Shown here: positions 37,122 to 47,495 of the stretch, piece by piece
How the letters are laid out: each line of letters begins with the position of its first letter
Position numbering within the stretch: position 1 is the first letter of the stretch
DNA from: an uncultured archaeon
GTDB taxonomy: Archaea; Asgardarchaeota; Thorarchaeia; Thorarchaeales; Thorarchaeaceae
Assembly: GCA_964558645.1 (NCBI GenBank)
Contig: CAZLEV010000004.1
Coordinates: 107,442-171,441 of the forward strand
DNA length: 64,000 nt
Direction: 5' to 3'
The notes under the pieces: model-generated
The model's database searches: none
What the model saw: only the letters and a program-made list of their open reading frames with translations
Told to the model about the DNA's origin: nothing
Program-made: the position numbers and the translations under genes

Positions 37122-38831
37122 CTACATTGCATTTTCATCTATTGGAATGGAAGTCTTTCGGTATCTTAGGAAGGCTGCCAATGAAACTGCAGTAACAGCA
37201 GCCAGAATTGCAGTCAGAATCACAACCTCCAAGAGTGGAATCGGAGGGTTGTGATGGGGCGAAGATACTATCACGATTATCGTATGACTGTTCCAATATC
37301 CAAAGGTGTCGTAGACGACAATCGTATAGTTGTAGGTGCCGGCCGCCAGCTCATCAACATTGACTCTTATCGAGGAACCATCCCAGACGCCGGACTCAAT
37401 GAACAGATTATCATGGTAGATCTCGTAGTGTTGAGGATTTGGATCCCATGCGTCCCAAGTGACACTTGTACCGTAGTATTCCACATTCCAGGTGTCGTAT
37501 AGACTGTCAATGAAAGGCGGGGTGGTGTCCATTGGAGCCCACACACATGGATAGCGGTCAGCACTTCCTGCAGACCCCGGTATATCATAGGTGTCATTCC
37601 CCCCATGATCATCCCAGCAGTTCCCCAATGAAGTTCCATCGTCCCAAGAGTTGAGCGTTCCTGAGTCGCGGGCATTAGCGATACGACTATGCCCGAAGCG
37701 ATTCAGAAAGACTGTGTTGTTAGAACTCCCCGAGCTTATCTCAATGGCATAATTCCAGATGCTAGTGGCAGTGTTGTTAGTCAGGACACACGATGTGGAA
37801 TGATATAGGTAGAAGCCGTTCTCTTCGTGACCATTGGCGGTGTTGTTGTTCAGCGTACAACCAATTACTTCGGAAAGGAGGAACCCAGACCACCGGCTGT
37901 TGGTAGCCGTGTTGTTGATCAGGGTGCACCAATCCGAGGACACCAGAATGAACCTATTGGCTGTATTGCTGGTCAGGGAAGACCAATCCGAAAACGATAG
38001 AGTGAACCAACCGCCAGTATTGTCAGTCAGGATACACGAGTGTGAGGACACCAAACGAAATACACCGGCAACATTATCGATCAGAATGCACGATTCCGAA
38101 GAAGACAGCCTGAAGCCTTCCTGCAGATTATCGGTGGCAGTGTTGTTGATGAGGGTCGCCAAGTCCGAGAATCGCAAATTGAATCCAGACCATAAGTTTC
38201 TGGCAGCAATGTTATTGACTAGCGTGCAGTCAGCTGAATCATCAAGCCAGAATCCGAAGCTGTTGCTGTTCGCGGCATTATTAGTCAAGGTAGATGAACC
38301 CGAGAGGTGTAAGTAGAACCCAGACCATGAATTGCTCATAGCAATGTTGTCTGTTAGAATACATGAACCGGAAGACGATAAATAGAACCCATACCGGGTG
38401 TTGTTGATGGCAGTGTTGTTTACCAGGGTGCAATTCACTGAATCCTGCAGAAGAAGGCCGTGATGTTTTCGAGAGATGAATGTGTCGCGGACTGCTCCAT
38501 GAGTAAGGTTGTTGAGCAAGATACCTTCGTTCTTTGATTCTGCAGGCGAACTGATAATGCAGTTCCTGACCTCAAAATAGACTGTAGTTCCTGATATGTT
38601 AAGACACACCTCCGTAGAGGTGATATTTACATTCTCTATCACGTAAGGATTATCGACTGTGCCGTTCCCGGGCCATCCTTGATGCTCGAAATCGAAATCA
38701 GAAGATATGACAATGGGGTTTCTCTCCTCGTAGGAAGTTGTAGGGGGTGTGAACAGTATCTCCTCCACTCCAATCGCTGAACTGCTGAAATGCAGTTCTA
38801 TCGCACCCACAGAACAAGGAGCAAAGACCAA
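37122..38831 (-). CDS. Membrane-anchored parallel beta-helix (NosD/CASH repeat) surface protein
   Basis: GWPGNGTVDNPYVIEN, repeated CTLxNNTAxxN..GFxL units, GNCWDD, Ig-like domain, C-terminal TM. The frame is open upstream to a CTG near 38876. Confidence 0.88.
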   Translation of the reverse strand: MVFAPCSVGAIELHFSSSAIGVEEILFTPPTTSYEERNPIVISSDFDFEHQGWPGNGTVDNPYVIENVNITSTEVCLNISGTTVYFEVRNCIISSPAESKNEGILLNNLTHGAVRDTFISRKHHGLLLQDSVNCTLVNNTAINNTRYGFYLSSSGSCILTDNIAMSNSWSGFYLHLSGSSTLTNNAANSNSFGFWLDDSADCTLVNNIAARNLWSGFNLRFSDLATLINNTATDNLQEGFRLSSSESCILIDNVAGVFRLVSSHSCILTDNTGGWFTLSFSDWSSLTSNTANRFILVSSDWCTLINNTATNSRWSGFLLSEVIGCTLNNNTANGHEENGFYLYHSTSCVLTNNTATSIWNYAIEISSGSSNNTVFLNRFGHSRIANARDSGTLNSWDDGTSLGNCWDDHGGNDTYDIPGSAGSADRYPCVWAPMDTTPPFIDSLYDTWNVEYYGTSVTWDAWDPNPQHYEIYHDNLFIESGVWDGSSIRVNVDELAAGTYNYTIVVYDTFGYWNSHTIIVIVSSPHHNPPIPLLEVVILTAILAAVTAVSLAAFLRYRKTSIPIDENAM

Positions 38832-39349
38832 AACCAGTGCCAGAGTACATGAAACATGACACTTTTTGCTATACAGAGGAACATCCCCCTAGCGGATGCT
38901 TCTTTCCACTGGTCGACAGCTCTGGCGAGAGCGGTGATAAACCTGTTGTTCTACCGCCAGGCATCCCGGATAAGTGCATTTGAAAGAATGCGATGACTAG
39001 ATTCAGATGGTAGATGAATTGCTCAGAAGCTGTATCTTCTGGAGAGCATCAGAATTATTCAGTTTGAAGCTACCCACATTAAGATCCATTGACTCACAAG
39101 AGAGAATTAGGTCATGATGTTTACATGATAAATTGCATCTAAGTGCTAGGACTAGTTGAAATCCTGACCATGAACAGAACTGCTGTGAGGTAACCGATGG
39201 AGCCGATGCATGATGCGGATTCCGCACGAGCATAAAGAATCATGATGCGTCGGCTGATTGAATTGGATGAGAAGAAACTAACTAAGTCGTTGGTCCTGAT
39301 CCAGAAGCAGTAGGAAGAGGAGTTTCCGGCAATTCGTGTGACGATATGC

Positions 39350-39385
39350 AAAAAAAAGAAGAGTAGTGGGGGAAGGTTTTCCCCA
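39350..39385 (-). terminator. Hairpin plus T-run after the BON gene
   Basis: GGGGAA/TTCCCC stem; A-run at 39350-39357 reads as a U-tract on the minus strand. Confidence 0.55.
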
Positions 39386-39388
39386 GTC

Positions 39389-40042
39389 TTATTTGACGTA
39401 GAGCTTGTTGTCCACGTCTATGACGCCTGCTGTCAGTTCTGCAGCGTTCTCTGCAGATGCGTATGCTGTGTAGTCCTCAACTGTACCAGTCAAGGTAACA
39501 ATGCCATTCTCCACTGTGACATTGACGTTCTCTTCATCAACTGTGAACCTGCGCTCAAGTGAGTCGACAATGTCTTGGGCAATCGCCTTATCCACATAGT
39601 CGTCGGTGGGTACGACTGCCACTTCGTTCTTGACGTCGATCACACCTGACACATCCATTGCTAGCGTACCTGCCCGAAGCTTCTTCCAGTAGGCATCTAC
39701 TGCCCCTTCGAGCTCTACAACGCCGCCGTCCACAGATACGTCAATCTTCGTGGAGTCGATCGCTGTGTTCCAGAGTAGTTTGCTGTCAATGCTGGAAGCG
39801 ATGTCTTCATCGCTCATGATCTCTATCTCAACTGGATACTTAACATCCAGTTTGTTCACTACATCAGTGACGCCAATGACAGCCCAAGCGTCTTCTGCTG
39901 CTGCGCTTCGTGCGTAGTACGATTCTACTTCGCCGTCTAAGATGGCCTTGCCATCTTTTACAACGACCTCCACTTCGGAGGCGTCTACTCGGTTGTCGAA
40001 GTATAGTTCGTCTACGACTCGTTTCTTGATATCTTCACTCAT
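39389..40042 (-). CDS. Triple BON-domain (OsmY-like) protein
   Basis: Three repeats of VxVxxGxVxLxGxV...A....GVxDVxNxL; no signal peptide. Confidence 0.9.
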   Translation of the reverse strand: MSEDIKKRVVDELYFDNRVDASEVEVVVKDGKAILDGEVESYYARSAAAEDAWAVIGVTDVVNKLDVKYPVEIEIMSDEDIASSIDSKLLWNTAIDSTKIDVSVDGGVVELEGAVDAYWKKLRAGTLAMDVSGVIDVKNEVAVVPTDDYVDKAIAQDIVDSLERRFTVDEENVNVTVENGIVTLTGTVEDYTAYASAENAAELTAGVIDVDNKLYVK

Positions 40043-40176
40043 TGTGAGTATATCTCTCAACTTAACTATAATGCATATGGTTTGAAAAAGGCTGGGGTGT
40101 CGCAAATGACGGTTCCGCCATGCTTACATTGGCGGCAGTAGAGATGTATCTAGCAGTACATGGGATGAAAGGACCA

Positions 40177-40920
40177 ATGAATGCCCTTCTATGGATTATT
40201 GGAAGCACCATAGCCATAAGCCTGATTGCATGGATTGGGCTCATCACTCTCGCAGTTCATGAAGAAACTCTCAAGAAGATCACACTGCCGCTTGTGGCTT
40301 TCGCAGCGGGCGCGTTATTGGGTGGAGCATTCTTACATCTTCTGCCTGAATCGGTCTCTGCTATGAGCTCAAGTATCTTGTTGTTCGAATGGCTTATCAT
40401 AGGTTTCCTGATCTTCTTTGTCTTGGAGCAGTTCTTGAATTGGCATCACTGCCATGTGGCCTCATCGGACAAGAAAGAGCCTGTGACGTATCTAATCTTG
40501 GTGGCGGACGGAGTTCATAATTTCATTGGCGGATTAGCAATTGCAGGGTCATTCATTGCCGGTATACCTATTGGCATGGTAACATGGTTGGCATCCGTCG
40601 CTCACGAGATTCCACAGGAACTCGGAGATTTCGGTATTCTGATCCATGGAGGATGGAGTAGCAGAAAGGCTCTTGTCTTCAACTTCGTATCAGCTCTCAC
40701 TGTTGTTGTAGGGGGACTGCTGGCCTACTTCTTATCTGCGAGTGTCAACACCGACTTTCTGCTTCCCTTTGCAGCAGGGAACTTCATCTATATTGCAGCG
40801 TCCGATCTCATCCCTGAGATCCAACACACAGAGAGTCAGCGAGCACGGATCAGTTATACTCTAGCACTCCTTGCAGGATTGGCACTGGTCTGGACATTCA
40901 GAGTGTTGATTGGTAGATGA
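40177..40920 (+). CDS. ZIP-family metal (Zn) transporter
   Basis: AFLHLLPE, DGVHNFIGG, AHEIPQELGDFG, YIAASDLIPE. Confidence 0.94.
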   Translation: MNALLWIIGSTIAISLIAWIGLITLAVHEETLKKITLPLVAFAAGALLGGAFLHLLPESVSAMSSSILLFEWLIIGFLIFFVLEQFLNWHHCHVASSDKKEPVTYLILVADGVHNFIGGLAIAGSFIAGIPIGMVTWLASVAHEIPQELGDFGILIHGGWSSRKALVFNFVSALTVVVGGLLAYFLSASVNTDFLLPFAAGNFIYIAASDLIPEIQHTESQRARISYTLALLAGLALVWTFRVLIGR

Positions 40921-41024
40921 TCTGCACTCCATGCCCTAGTCAAAGAAGAAAGAGGCCTCGTTCACGATGTCATTGACTTGGAGACCATCATGAAAGAAAC
41001 TGCTGGTTTCACACGTGGTCTTGA

Positions 41025-42227
41025 CTAGAGCTCGCCTTTCAGTAGATTCTCTATATGTCGTCGGCTCTGTTCCTCACTCAGCTTGGTCTCTTTATGCTCG
41101 ACGACCCGTCGCTCAAGACGACTCAGAGCCAGTCTATATGCCTCCTCGACACTCCACGCTTCAGCTGAGCTGTAGTATTGAGTATTGGCGGTTCTGAATT
41201 GGAGTCGGCAGTGGATAGGTTGGTCACCCTTTGATACCGGACCGTGTTTCTTCAGATAGACAAACAGCCCGCCTATACCGACAACATCGCGATATCGACC
41301 CACAAAGGAGTCGAACTCTCTGCGCATCGCAGCCATCTCTTCCTCAGACATCCGAATATCAGGCTTGACAGAGAACTGGACACTCATTCTACGCGCCTCC
41401 ATGCCCTGTCGTGCAACGGGTTCTAGCAGGTCGCGTTTTGTCATGATGCCCACGACATGGTCGTCCTCCATTATCACAAGACTGGAGATATCATGCTCCT
41501 TCATCTTCCGGGTTGCATGTTCCAGTGTGTCGTCTGGCCGAGCAGCGATGACGGGAGAGCTCATTGCACTCTTGATGGGCATATGAACCAGATCTGACTT
41601 CTCACCTTTTCTCTCTGCCATTCCACCCTGTCCACGGTCACCGGCGAAGTCGCCCCTCTGACGATCACGCCTGCGGTAGACAACATCAATGATATCTTGG
41701 ATGCTAACGATGCCCACCAGTCTATCGTTCTCGCTCACGGGTGCGTGTGAGAATCCATACGTGTTGAATATCTCAAGTACTTGGGCGATTGTGTCATGGG
41801 GTCGCGCCCGGACAGGATTCTCTGTCATGACCTGGGAAATGACGTTCTGGCCCCAGTCATTATCTGCGGCAGCCCGGATGACATCGTCTCGGGAGATGAA
41901 TCCACGGCGGGTCTCACCGGCAAACACAGCAAGGACTGGAATCTGACTCTCGATCATCAGTCTTGCGGCCTCTGAGATGTCGTCAGTGGTCTGTACAGAT
42001 GGTATGGGGCGGCTCAGCGTTTCCACACTCGTTTCATGCGGGTCCAGCCGGGAACGCTTAATCCACCTTCTTGTTAGTACTCCCGAGTAGTTTCCCTTCC
42101 TGTCCTCAACAACCAATACAGGAGGGTCGATCTCTTTGAGTCTGTCAATCACTTTGGCAATAGGTTCGTCTTCTGTTACGGTCTCGTAACCTTCCTGATA
42201 CGCTTCTTCTACTTTGGTCTCGAACAT
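41025..42227 (-). CDS. Four-CBS-domain protein with C-terminal HPF/RaiA-like domain (putative ribosome hibernation factor)
   Basis: Four CBS repeats; C-terminus VYLKK...IHCRLQF...YYSSAEAWSVEEAYRLALSRLERRV resembles the HPF fold. Confidence 0.75.
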   Translation of the reverse strand: MFETKVEEAYQEGYETVTEDEPIAKVIDRLKEIDPPVLVVEDRKGNYSGVLTRRWIKRSRLDPHETSVETLSRPIPSVQTTDDISEAARLMIESQIPVLAVFAGETRRGFISRDDVIRAAADNDWGQNVISQVMTENPVRARPHDTIAQVLEIFNTYGFSHAPVSENDRLVGIVSIQDIIDVVYRRRDRQRGDFAGDRGQGGMAERKGEKSDLVHMPIKSAMSSPVIAARPDDTLEHATRKMKEHDISSLVIMEDDHVVGIMTKRDLLEPVARQGMEARRMSVQFSVKPDIRMSEEEMAAMRREFDSFVGRYRDVVGIGGLFVYLKKHGPVSKGDQPIHCRLQFRTANTQYYSSAEAWSVEEAYRLALSRLERRVVEHKETKLSEEQSRRHIENLLKGEL

Positions 42228-42362
42228 GGGTTGTTCTTCTCGCTAAGTAACTATAGATAAGGCACCCTTAAGAATCCACTTCCTTCCGAAAAAGCTTGTT
42301 CGCGAGATCAACGTCAAAGCCGTATGTGTCGGGGATATCGACAATCCCCCACGGAGAAAGCA

Positions 42363-42838
42363 ATGAGGATAACAGCGAAATCTCCAGGCGTCCAAGAGAA
42401 CATGGATATTTTCATCCTTCGGAGCATTTGCATCCTTGACCGGAGTTCTTGTTATGCTCGGTCAGCACTCGGCTATGAGGGAACTCAGGGCGATGCCTAT
42501 TCAGTCTTGAACCATTTCACATCCAAACTCGGAGAGATTGGTGTATGTTACCTGAGATGGGTTTTCAACAGAGGCCTAATCGTTGCCGGCTTGCTTTCAT
42601 GACCTTCATGACAGCCTGCCTACTTCTAGGAGGCTTTTCAGCCATGTCGCTCATGGTCATATGAGTGTTCCGTGAAGACCAGCGAACGCCACGCATGGGA
42701 GCATCGGGAGTCTTCTTCCAGCTAGGCTTCATCGTGCGCATTCTCACGTCCGTTGAGCTACTCCTTCATCCGAAGTTCAGAAAGGTATCGACATGTATGG
42801 TATGGCGATTGACCTCTCAAGTCTTGAATTGGCTCTAA
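42363..42838 (+). pseudogene. Frameshifted DUF998-like membrane protein remnant
   Basis: Fragments in different frames: WIFSSFGAFASLTGVLVML / AYSVLNHFTSKLGEIGV...VFNRGLIVAGLL / LGGFSAMSLMVI*VFREDQRTPRMGASGVFF. Confidence 0.55.
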
Positions 42839-43022
42839 ACATCGGTGGGCCAATCGCGTAGTAGCATGCAGTATTCGGTGCGCCGGTCTTCATAGGTTAG
42901 GTTTCATAGAATACATACATAGCCTAAGCAAGAAACAGCGTGGAGAAACCGTCGTTAGCTAGAGGGCACCATTTATTGGATGCCAATGTAACAAGAAACT
43001 TGAAACTCAGAGTGGTCTGCAA

Positions 43023-44042
43023 ATGCTGAAAGAAGCCTTTCTCATCGATCAGGGTATGCTTATCTTCCATTATGCCAAGAATAGAGAAGAGAGCGAATCA
43101 GATGAGGCCATTCTCTCTTCTGGTCTGTTGATGGCCATTAGAGACTTCAGTCACACAACTCGAGCTGATGAAGTCGAGTCCTTCAATACTGAGAAAGAGT
43201 ATTTTCTCTTTGCTGGGATGGCAGAATCAAATGTTGTGTTGGTAGGTGTTTTCGACAAGCGCGCACCAACACAAGTTGCCCATGATGCCCTGATGCGAAT
43301 CCGTGAGTACATCGAAACGGTGAGGTTCCCCGAAGTCGAGGGACAACAGCTTGACTCTTCGAAGAAGGAAGCAATCAGGATTGCAGTCGAGGAGATTGTA
43401 GTCAGTTCCTTCGGCGTCGAAAATGTTGCAGCCTACATGGACGATCTTCTAGGAAGCCGAAATGACATCTCAATCGCATTTGTGGTAAACATAAGTGACA
43501 GAAGGGCTCTGGCTCACTTCGCCCGCCCGGCACCTCTTTATAGTGACGAGCAGGTCAGGCAGTTTCTTTTGGTCCATGATACGCTTTGCAGGACAATTTC
43601 CAAGATATCGCCCAATGGCACATACCGGAGTTTCATAGTTGAAGCAGATGGATACGTGATAGGAGGGTGCTGGAGTGGGAATCGAATCAGCGTGGCAACT
43701 GGAGCCATGCAAACCGGGGCCAATGCTGTCATAGAAGTTGCCGGCCAGCTCTGTAACACAAAGACATCCAGAGCAGTCGTGGCTTCAGTCGACAGTCTGC
43801 ATTTGGTTACAAGAGCGAGGGTCAAGCAGTCAGGCACCCTTGTTGTTGAAGAGGGTGCGAGCCTTCCCGGGATTGCGGGGGTGTTTTTGTCAACCGTCGT
43901 GAACAATCTTGACGCATTTGTTCGCATTGTATCTCACAGGAGGCTCAGTGCTTTCAGAGTTCATTATGGTACGGATCCCGATTATGTGCTGTTCATTCAG
44001 CCACATGGTGATGAAATAGAGATGAACATCTATACACCATAG
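43023..44042 (+). CDS. Longin-like domain protein (Asgard eukaryotic-signature type)
   Basis: FLIDQGMLIFHY...LSSGLLMAIRDFS...VESF...FLF...VVLVGVFD pattern typical of longin folds. Confidence 0.6.
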   Translation: MLKEAFLIDQGMLIFHYAKNREESESDEAILSSGLLMAIRDFSHTTRADEVESFNTEKEYFLFAGMAESNVVLVGVFDKRAPTQVAHDALMRIREYIETVRFPEVEGQQLDSSKKEAIRIAVEEIVVSSFGVENVAAYMDDLLGSRNDISIAFVVNISDRRALAHFARPAPLYSDEQVRQFLLVHDTLCRTISKISPNGTYRSFIVEADGYVIGGCWSGNRISVATGAMQTGANAVIEVAGQLCNTKTSRAVVASVDSLHLVTRARVKQSGTLVVEEGASLPGIAGVFLSTVVNNLDAFVRIVSHRRLSAFRVHYGTDPDYVLFIQPHGDEIEMNIYTP

Positions 44043-44066
44043 CAGCTATTAGCAAAGAGTATTAGG

Positions 44067-44852
44067 ATGAACTGCATGGGCAGCGTGACAGTATTTGGTG
44101 AACTTCTCGTGATAGAGGCCAAAACCCAACCGAGTGACGAATCAGATGCCCTTCAGGCTGTCTTCGTATACATGGGAATACTCGATGCCTATGAGGCAGT
44201 TGGGGCTGAGCTCATAGGTCCTGATGCATTTGACGAACACGTTCTGCCGAGAATGGTCTACTATATCAATGAATTCTTGCCCGAGTTGTTCTCCGATCAG
44301 GAAGACAGAGAGAATCTCGTGAAAGAGATGAGGGCGTTCTTGGAGGATTTCAAGAGAGAGGTCCATACAGCAATGGAATCGGGTTCTCCAGAGGGGGTCA
44401 CGATGGAAGATATCTGGAAGCTGAGGGCGGCCATCTTCGGGTATGAGAGCGTATTCATCAATATACTCGGGGAGACCGCAATCAAGAACTATGTCTTCGT
44501 GAGGATGGCCGATATTCTGTCGGCATATCTTCCCGCCAGCCTTCTAGACTCATCCGTTCCATTGGAGCAGAAACTACGAGGCTATGCAGATTTCATCAAG
44601 AAGCAGGGCTTTGTCAAGTATGCGAGGGTCACCTTTGATGACGATAGAATCTCTGTTGCGGCCAATAAGTGTGCTTTTGCACGCATCCATGACTCCAGTG
44701 CCTATCGAGACCTACATGTAAGATTTTGCCCATGGGGAATGATTGCATCTGCAATTGTTGCAGCACACGAGCGGCGAGAAACTGTTCTTGAGTCGAGCAT
44801 GTTCACGACGAGCGGAAGCATCAGTAAGATTCGGTCAAAGGAGGAACGATAG
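44067..44852 (+). CDS. Protein with C-terminal V4R/MetOD1-like domain
   Basis: ISVAANKCAF...FCPWGMIASAIV; N-terminal internal duplication (GILDAYEAV / AIFGYESV). Confidence 0.5.
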   Translation: MNCMGSVTVFGELLVIEAKTQPSDESDALQAVFVYMGILDAYEAVGAELIGPDAFDEHVLPRMVYYINEFLPELFSDQEDRENLVKEMRAFLEDFKREVHTAMESGSPEGVTMEDIWKLRAAIFGYESVFINILGETAIKNYVFVRMADILSAYLPASLLDSSVPLEQKLRGYADFIKKQGFVKYARVTFDDDRISVAANKCAFARIHDSSAYRDLHVRFCPWGMIASAIVAAHERRETVLESSMFTTSGSISKIRSKEER

Positions 44853-45299
44853 ATGCTACAATTGACAGACACAGGAATGCAGATTGCGATTCTAGTTATG
44901 TTATTCGAGACGGTGATGATGGCGATCATTTTACTGGGATGGTACTATGGAGCTAGACGTCTCGATCTGAAGCTACATCATCGAGCTGTCTACTCCATGG
45001 TATTTGTCCATCTCGTCGGGGTGACCCTCTGGATGATACCAAGGGCGCTGAGCATTTCTTCAGAAGTCTTTGAAAACCCAGGCACCTACTGGTACCTTAT
45101 TGTTCACAACATCTTAGGTTTCGTCGCATTATCCATGGGCATAGTCCTCTCCCTTCTGTTCATCCTGAAGCCCGATATGCCTCTGTCGCTATTACGGCGA
45201 GCTCGCCCAGCTATGATTCTTGTCCTGATTGTCTGGTCGGTCGCGTTCATTCTCGGTGCATGGGCGTTCCTTACACGAATGACCGGTCTTCTGCCGTAG
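44853..45299 (+). CDS. Four-TM membrane protein with conserved-looking His (DUF420-like)
   Basis: Four hydrophobic helices; HHR and VHN. Confidence 0.65.
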   Translation: MLQLTDTGMQIAILVMLFETVMMAIILLGWYYGARRLDLKLHHRAVYSMVFVHLVGVTLWMIPRALSISSEVFENPGTYWYLIVHNILGFVALSMGIVLSLLFILKPDMPLSLLRRARPAMILVLIVWSVAFILGAWAFLTRMTGLLP

Positions 45300-45345
45300 G
45301 AAACTCATCTAGCAAATTCAAGCGATGCTTCTGTGACAACAGCAG

Positions 45346-46068
45346 TTAGTCATTTGAAGCATTGTACACCTCTCCATTTTCAAGTGCCTCTAGAAACGCA
45401 TCCTGACAAGAATCGGGGACAGAATTCAAGATGCAGCCGAAGTTTGGACATGATGAACAGGCCCAGTGCCGCAGTGTGTAGCCGAATACCATCGCAACGA
45501 GAACTTGGACAAGGGTCCAATCAACTCTGTCCCAGAGGTAGATTATAGGAAAGAGTAGATAGAAGAGTACCCAGACGACGAAGACTGCCTGACCTCCACG
45601 ACTTATCTCTGTAGGAGAGTACTCGAAGACCTTCGGACTTCCCCAGTTGGCCAGGCAGTAGAATCGGTTATCATGTCCATGTCTGCAGCCCGAATACTCA
45701 TAGCAGGGGCAGTGACGGCAGAGTACGTACCATTCAAGTCCTCCGGCGAAGAAGAGCATTGAGAGAAGAATGTAGACCGGAATCAGCAGGACGCTCTCGG
45801 CGAGCACAAGGCTCTCCAATCCCAATATCAGCCCGATGTCAAGACTCCAGCCAAGATAGCTTATGCTTGAACTGAACATCCCCAGACAGCCCACAACCAT
45901 AGGTACGAAACTGATGAACGCAAACCATTTCGCATCACCTGACTCATAATGTGCAACCACTCCGTGAACGCGTTTCCTAGCAAGAGGCTTCATGTTATCC
46001 GCGCCTTTCATTAGATGTTCCTCGATGCTTCGTACTGAGATTCCACTTTTCGTTCCCGTTTCTGACAT
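45346..46068 (-). CDS. Cys-rich membrane protein
   Basis: TM helices plus LCRHCPCY, FYC, CSSCPNFGCILN. Confidence 0.7.
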   Translation of the reverse strand: MSETGTKSGISVRSIEEHLMKGADNMKPLARKRVHGVVAHYESGDAKWFAFISFVPMVVGCLGMFSSSISYLGWSLDIGLILGLESLVLAESVLLIPVYILLSMLFFAGGLEWYVLCRHCPCYEYSGCRHGHDNRFYCLANWGSPKVFEYSPTEISRGGQAVFVVWVLFYLLFPIIYLWDRVDWTLVQVLVAMVFGYTLRHWACSSCPNFGCILNSVPDSCQDAFLEALENGEVYNASND

Positions 46069-46209
46069 TTAAGCGAGGTGATTTCAATGCGATTCAGAGC
46101 AAGCAGCCCCTATACACAACACGCAGAGTGTATCAGTGATACACATATGTAGCGACTAGAACAAGATTCCTTGTTAACAATAGGGGCTTCTAGCAAGAGG
46201 AATGTGATC

Positions 46210-46425
46210 ATGAGTGAAACTCCCTGTCCCCACTGTGGCAGCACAACCAGAAGAATCATGTACAACAGCATGCATGTCCGAGAGGTCTACTGTGGTGAGT
46301 GCTTCCATTGCCTTAATCAGGAACAGGTCACAGAGAGGACGCGCTTGGCCCAGATGGCTGCAAAGGAGGGGAAACTGAACGAGTTCTGGATGGGAACTTA
46401 CAAACCCAAAGATGACGAAGAATAG
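46210..46425 (+). CDS. Small zinc-ribbon protein
   Basis: CPHCGS...YCGECFHC. Confidence 0.7.
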   Translation: MSETPCPHCGSTTRRIMYNSMHVREVYCGECFHCLNQEQVTERTRLAQMAAKEGKLNEFWMGTYKPKDDEE

Positions 46426-46817
46426 CGACCCTGTTTCTGAGAGACCATATGAATCTCCGACCAGCAGGTCACTCTAGGAGAGAGATAGTCTCCAGAAAGT
46501 ACGAAACATGCCATGTTATCAGAGTCATGGTCTAGTATAGCAACAGAGTATTGCGATGGGAATCATTGTGACGCCGGCACAGACCGTCTTCCGGCCTTGA
46601 TTGTGGACAGTAGGCGATTGCACTTGATTCATCTTTGACATCAGCAGATTCGGTCTTTAGGACATAGTCGAACCATTCGAGCCTCATTTCTTCCTGCGAA
46701 AACTTGTTAGCTGCACTCTCGGCCAATGTCTTAGCCAATGATGAGAGAAAAGACAAAGGATTATATGTCTTACTTTACTATAATACCATATACTAACTTG
46801 CGCGCCGCTGCAATAGG

Positions 46818-47495
46818 ATGATGCCCATGAGTCTAAGCGAGTTGAAACCTGGAGATGGCGACTCACAAGAGAGGAGCAGTTACATCGAACGGATCAAGCG
46901 TCGAGCGGGAATCAAGAAAATGTTAGTTGCGGGGACGGGAGCCGTGGGAAAGACGAGTCTCCTGACCGTACTCAAGGAGAGGAGATGCCTCCAGGACCTA
47001 GTGGACAACGACTGTGAATATCATCGCACGCTTTTCTTTGACATGGAGGTAATTCCTGCATCCCATCTGGTTAACGAGAGTCTTACAGGGGTCTTTCAGA
47101 TGGTTGATATTTCTGGTCAGCTAGAACTGCCGATTCATGCAATTCGGGATCTCAGCCGCACGGCTCTTGGTGGAGTCGACTTGGTCATGCTTGTGTTTGC
47201 TAATGACAACCTGCAATCACTGATTGACCTCTCTAAATGGTTGGATCTGCTCGAGTCATACTATGCACAGCAGGACAAGTATTGTGCTCCTAAGTATGTT
47301 CTTGTCAGAAACAAGTGTGACCTGTTCACAACTGTCGATGATGGCCTAATACATGCCATGCTGGAAGGAAATTCGCGTATTGAGACGTTTTTCGAAGTCA
47401 GTTGTTTGACTGGAGAGGGACTCTCTGAGATGCGAACTTGGCTTGCACACCGACTCTTTCGAAGAGAGAGCCAGGAGGTGAACTCGACACAATGA
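46818..47495 (+). CDS. Small Ras-superfamily (Rab-like) GTPase
   Basis: G1 GTGAVGKTS, G2 Thr (HRTL), G3 DISGQ, G4 NKCD, G5 SCL. Confidence 0.88.
   Translation: MMPMSLSELKPGDGDSQERSSYIERIKRRAGIKKMLVAGTGAVGKTSLLTVLKERRCLQDLVDNDCEYHRTLFFDMEVIPASHLVNESLTGVFQMVDISGQLELPIHAIRDLSRTALGGVDLVMLVFANDNLQSLIDLSKWLDLLESYYAQQDKYCAPKYVLVRNKCDLFTTVDDGLIHAMLEGNSRIETFFEVSCLTGEGLSEMRTWLAHRLFRRESQEVNSTQ

Noticed and set aside
38990-39350. Short ORFs or a possible decayed gene
   Set aside because: Multiple stops and no recognisable family.
46532-46756. 74-aa minus-strand ORF
   Set aside because: No motif or RBS support; left uncalled.
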